DNA from: Synechococcus sp.
GTDB lineage: Bacteria; Cyanobacteriota; Cyanobacteriia; Thermostichales; PCC-7336
NCBI GenBank assembly: GCA_051439425.1
Contig: JBFRWD010000054.1
Span: 1 to 11,372 of the forward strand
DNA: 11,372 bases
Direction: 5' to 3'
The position numbers and the translations under genes are program-made. A model generated the notes under the pieces. That model was not told the DNA's origin. It searched no databases and saw nothing but the letters and a program-made list of their open reading frames with translations. Within the stretch, counting starts at the first letter, position 1. Each line of letters starts with the position of its first letter. Below are positions 7,612 through 11,372 of the stretch, piece by piece.

Positions 7612-8214
7612 CTAGCGCCTTTGTTGTACGAGCCAAGTCAGGGTGGCCCCCTTAATCCCCCCTCCTAGCAAGCCTCCAATACTCAATGACAACAACCAGT
7701 TGTGGCCGCTGAAGAATGCGGCATCAAACCCTGCAATCAGGTTAAATCCAGCACCAGCACCTAACGCGACGGCGCTGCCTAACAACCACCAAGCCGCGCG
7801 CTGCACAAAGCGTTTCAGGTAGAGCCACTGGATGAAGCCAATTCCAAGCCCACCTCCTGCTGCCACTATCCCCATAAAGATGTAATCAAGCCCTTGAACG
7901 TATGGAACCCAGTTGAGCGTGTCGCCCACTAGCGACATTAGAAATAAGAGGCCACCGCTGCTAACCCAGCCCAGTCCACACCCGATCGCCATTAATGGTA
8001 TCCACCACCAGGCATGCGGTAACAGTCGACGCAACACTAGCCATTGAAGCGTCCCTAAGAGGATGGGTGCCCCAAGAAACACGATCCAGCCTCCCAAACT
8101 CTCGGGCAGTAGTTTTAGCAGCAGATTGGTGGCAACGAGAGCCACAGCTGTTGCTAAAGCCCATGCGATTGTGATGATTACACTTTGCCGATTTGTCAAA
8201 GAAGGCTTGTCCAC
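7612..8214 (-). CDS. Hypothetical multi-pass membrane protein with an internal QWL.L(R/K)R...WW repeat
   Basis: About 200 aa, Gly/Leu/Trp-rich, with roughly six hydrophobic segments. The GTG at 8214, preceded by AGGAGG (8228-8223), is preferred over the TTG at 8244. Confidence 0.8.
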   Translation of the reverse strand: MDKPSLTNRQSVIITIAWALATAVALVATNLLLKLLPESLGGWIVFLGAPILLGTLQWLVLRRLLPHAWWWIPLMAIGCGLGWVSSGGLLFLMSLVGDTLNWVPYVQGLDYIFMGIVAAGGGLGIGFIQWLYLKRFVQRAAWWLLGSAVALGAGAGFNLIAGFDAAFFSGHNWLLSLSIGGLLGGGIKGATLTWLVQQRR

Positions 8215-8392
8215 CGTTGAGTCCTCCTGAGAGCGGGGGCGCAAGGTAAGGCATTGCGAAGGTAGTCGCGGGTTAGGTCGGTTGGACTCATGACTCTACC
8301 CGTGCAAAATGAAGAGCCAAACGTTGCTCCCAAGCTTACGGTCAGGAGTTGACATGATGGTTGACCTCTAAGCGCTAACAATACATATCGAT

Positions 8393-9928
8393 CTAGCTCG
8401 ATCGATCGACGACTTTTAGCGTCTGCAATCGGACGTCTTCAGGGCCATTAATGAAGCCACCTGCTTGGTGAACCAATAGAAGATATTTCACCGTTTCTTC
8501 TGTGACTTCTTCTCCCGGCACCAAGATAGGAATGCCTGGAGGATATGGAGAAATAATCTCAGCACAGACGTTTCCGATCGCATCTTGCAGGGGCACCTGC
8601 TTGATAGGGGAGAAGAAAGCGTCGCGGGGGCTGATGCGCTGAGGAGGAAGGGCCGGAAGCTGGATATTGGCCAACTGCTGAACGCGCTCGCTCATGCCAC
8701 CGCTGGCAATCTCGGCCCGCTGTATACCCGCCAGAGCTTTAAAGCCACTGACGAGGCGATCGATATCCTCTTGGGTGTTACCAATAGAGACAATAAAGAC
8801 CACATTGTGCAACGTCGACATTTCTGGTTGAACGTCGTGATGCTGGTTAATCCAATCATCGGCATCGAAACCGAACAGGCCCAGATCGGAGACTGTCACG
8901 GTTAGGCGAGTGCGATCGAGAGCATGGAAACCGGGGGTAGAACCCAATCGTTCGGTACCGAAGCAGTGGATACCTTCAATTTGATTCAGGCGGGTGCGGG
9001 CATTGTCTGCCAGAGCAATCGCCTCGTCCAATAGGGATTCACCGTGCAATGCCATCTGACGGCGGGCCACATCCAGCGACATCATCAGCACGTAGTTGGG
9101 GCTGGTGGACTGCAGCAGTTGCAGAATGTTGCGGACGCGGTTGCGGTCAATGCGATCGCCCTGGACGTGCAACAGCGACGCCTGGGTCATGCCGGACAGC
9201 ACCTTGTGGGTGGACTGAACGACCAGATCGGCTCCCGACTCTAGAGCGGATTTAGGCAAGTCGGGATGGAAGGCAAAGTGCGGCCCCCAGGCTTCATCCA
9301 CTAAAAAAGGTAGGCCGTGGGAATGAACGACTTGGGCAATTCCTTCGAGATCGCTAGCAACGCCGTAGTAGGTGGGGCTGACGCAGAGTACTCCTTTAGC
9401 ATCCGGATACTTTTGGAGTGCAGCTTTGACGGAGGCGGGGGTGATGCCATGGGCAATCCCCAGATCGCGATCGTAGTCCGGCTCGATGTAGGCAGGGATG
9501 GCACCGGATAGCATAACTCCGGCGATCGCCGATTTATGACAGTTGCGGGGCAATAGAACCGTGTCTCCCGGGTCGCAGACCGCCATCATCAGGGTTTCCA
9601 CACCGCAGGTGGAGCCGTTGACCAAGAACCAGGAGCGCTCGGCTCCGTAGGCTTGGGCGGCGAGTTCTTGGGCTTCTCGGATGACGCTGTCGGGGTCGTG
9701 TAGGTTATCCACTTCCGGCAGTTCGGTCAGGTCGGAGCGGAACACGTTTTCCCCTAAGAACTCAAGCAGTTCTGAAGAGATGCCGGTGCCTTGTTTATGT
9801 CCGGGGGTGTGGAAGGCGGCTTTGGGCAGAGCGGCGTAATTGCGAATGGCCTCGAATAGGGGGGCACGCGAATGGGTGTCGCGATCGCGGCGGGGCAGTT
9901 GTCGTCGGGCTAGGGGAGATGCAGTCAA
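8393..9928 (-). CDS. PLP-dependent Orn/Lys/Arg decarboxylase, fold type I, wing-less form
   Basis: 511 aa with HTPGHKQG, NGST, PRNCHKS, VDEAWG, the PLP-lysine motif QSTHK, STSPNY and C-terminal PYPPGIP..PGE. TTG start with GAGGA upstream. The substrate cannot be determined from sequence alone. Confidence 0.92.
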   Translation of the reverse strand: MTASPLARRQLPRRDRDTHSRAPLFEAIRNYAALPKAAFHTPGHKQGTGISSELLEFLGENVFRSDLTELPEVDNLHDPDSVIREAQELAAQAYGAERSWFLVNGSTCGVETLMMAVCDPGDTVLLPRNCHKSAIAGVMLSGAIPAYIEPDYDRDLGIAHGITPASVKAALQKYPDAKGVLCVSPTYYGVASDLEGIAQVVHSHGLPFLVDEAWGPHFAFHPDLPKSALESGADLVVQSTHKVLSGMTQASLLHVQGDRIDRNRVRNILQLLQSTSPNYVLMMSLDVARRQMALHGESLLDEAIALADNARTRLNQIEGIHCFGTERLGSTPGFHALDRTRLTVTVSDLGLFGFDADDWINQHHDVQPEMSTLHNVVFIVSIGNTQEDIDRLVSGFKALAGIQRAEIASGGMSERVQQLANIQLPALPPQRISPRDAFFSPIKQVPLQDAIGNVCAEIISPYPPGIPILVPGEEVTEETVKYLLLVHQAGGFINGPEDVRLQTLKVVDRSS

Positions 9929-10244
9929 TTGTCGTCCTCACACACACCAAATCCCCGTAATTATCCATCGTGGCGGACCTTTGGGGACAGTTTCTCTATT
10001 CCGATTCAAGCTGGAGTTGAGCTAGAGCGCTAGGGAACAGGTGTTTTTTGGGCGTTTATACGGGGAGCGAGCTGCCTTTTGTTGGGATGGCGAGATTTAG
10101 ATGAGAGGGATAAACGCCATACCGACTGTATTCATGATTGAGATGAACGGTATTGATGGATGTTGCCAAGTGTCGGCCATAGAATGCGGCACAAGCTTGA
10201 AATTCTCACCTGCAGTTGACTTAACAAACTGAGAGGTACGTCTT

Positions 10245-11276
10245 ATGCAGAGGTTTCCGTTCCACAAGTTTCCATTTCAGCGTCTGCTGGCAACTCGCTC
10301 GCTAGGTTTCGCCAACTTGAACCCGATTCAATGTCTTGCGGTGTTGCCAGTGGTGGCTGTGGTCGCAAGTGGATGTTCCAGCCAGACCGACCCCACTGCT
10401 CCATCCCTCCCAGTTTCAGAATCTCCAGCTCAAGAATTAACAGATGGGCAGGCCAGCGATCCCCCCGAAGGTGCTCATGAGATTTTTACCGATACCGTTC
10501 TGTCCGGTGATGGGGTCGAGATTGCCTATGATGTGCGCGGGCAAGGGGACACAACACTTGTTTTTGTTCATTGCTGGTCGTGCGATCGCGCCTATTGGCA
10601 AGATCAGTTGGATGGGTTTGCTGACGACTATCGAGTGGTGTCACTAGATTTGGCGGGGCATGGAATGTCGGGCAATAATCGCGAGGACTGGACGGTGGCG
10701 GCCCATGCCGAGGACGTGCGGGCAGTTCTGGACACACTGGAACTGGACAACGCAATTTTGATCGGTCATTCAATGGGGGGCTCGGTGTCGGTGGTGGCGG
10801 CAGGATTGATGCCCGATCGCGTGATTGGGGTGGCGTGTGCCGATACGTTGCACGATGCAGATGCAGCATTCGATCCAGCATTTGCCGAACAGATTGCCAC
10901 GCAGATGGAGGCTGATTTTATTGGTGTGCGCAGCGAGATGCTGGGCCAGATGTTTTTGCCCGACAGCGATGGAGAGGTGGAAGCCTGGGTAGCCGAACGG
11001 GGGGAGACGGCTTACGCGCCGGCGGCGATCGCCTTGATGCGGAATTTTGCGACGTTTGATTTGGCCGAGGCCATGAGCGCAACTGACGTCCCGATTCGCT
11101 GTGTGAATGCCAATGCGTTGCCACCGATGATTCCGGAAACGGCAGTGGAGACCAATCAACAATATGCAGACTACGATGCCGAGATTATGGATGGGGTGGG
11201 CCATTTTCTGCAGCTAGAAGACCCCGAGGTTTTTAATGCGTTGTTAGCTGAGGCAATCTCCGAGATCGAAGGCTAG
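10245..11276 (+). CDS. Alpha/beta-fold hydrolase, probable lipoprotein
   Basis: 343 aa with the nucleophile elbow GHSMG, DLAGHGMS and a catalytic His in GVGHF. A hydrophobic stretch ends in a lipobox-like VASG-C44, followed by a Pro/Ser/Glu-rich tether. The SD is GAGAGG. Confidence 0.88.
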   Translation: MQRFPFHKFPFQRLLATRSLGFANLNPIQCLAVLPVVAVVASGCSSQTDPTAPSLPVSESPAQELTDGQASDPPEGAHEIFTDTVLSGDGVEIAYDVRGQGDTTLVFVHCWSCDRAYWQDQLDGFADDYRVVSLDLAGHGMSGNNREDWTVAAHAEDVRAVLDTLELDNAILIGHSMGGSVSVVAAGLMPDRVIGVACADTLHDADAAFDPAFAEQIATQMEADFIGVRSEMLGQMFLPDSDGEVEAWVAERGETAYAPAAIALMRNFATFDLAEAMSATDVPIRCVNANALPPMIPETAVETNQQYADYDAEIMDGVGHFLQLEDPEVFNALLAEAISEIEG

Positions 11277-11294
11277 CGTTGACTGATTCTAGTT

Positions 11295-11330
11295 AGCCCC
11301 TGTCGAGCGATCGGCGGGGGCTTTCGTATT
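11295..11330 (+). terminator. Rho-independent terminator of the hydrolase gene
   Basis: AGCCCCUGUCGA-GCGA-UCGGCGGGGGCU is a 12-bp stem (2 U-G) with a GNRA tetraloop and a U-rich tail. Confidence 0.85.
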
Positions 11331-11372
11331 TAATGGAGACTAATTTTCCCTAGAGCTTGGGTGAGCTAAGAT

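Noticed and set aside
8348..8365. GTTGAC-N6-GTTGAC direct repeat upstream of the membrane protein gene
   Set aside because: Only two 6-mers, too little information to call a site.
9929..10244. Riboswitch upstream of the decarboxylase
   Set aside because: I recognise no lysine, guanidine, SAM or glutamine aptamer consensus, and no expression-platform terminator.

Overview
Cyanobacterial chromosomal segment (9 perfect HIP1 GCGATCGC sites) carrying a phycobilisome gene cluster. The minus strand holds nblA, cpeB, cpeA, cpeY and cpeZ (class I phycoerythrin plus its E/F-type lyase and chaperone). The plus strand, divergent from nblA, holds a CpcS-I-like bilin lyase and then tandem cpcL (membrane-anchored linker) and cpcG (canonical rod-core linker). 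After these come a hypothetical membrane protein and a PLP-dependent Orn/Lys/Arg decarboxylase (both minus), and an acidic alpha/beta-hydrolase lipoprotein (plus). All proteins except the hypothetical membrane protein belong to recognisable families. The least explained signal is non-coding: the nblA-cpeB spacer and the cpeA 3' region contain several long stem-loops, including a three-way junction, whose stem mismatches are mostly G-U pairs only on the minus (mRNA) strand, which suggests selected RNA structure. Family assignments come from recalled reference sequences and motifs, not from a database search.
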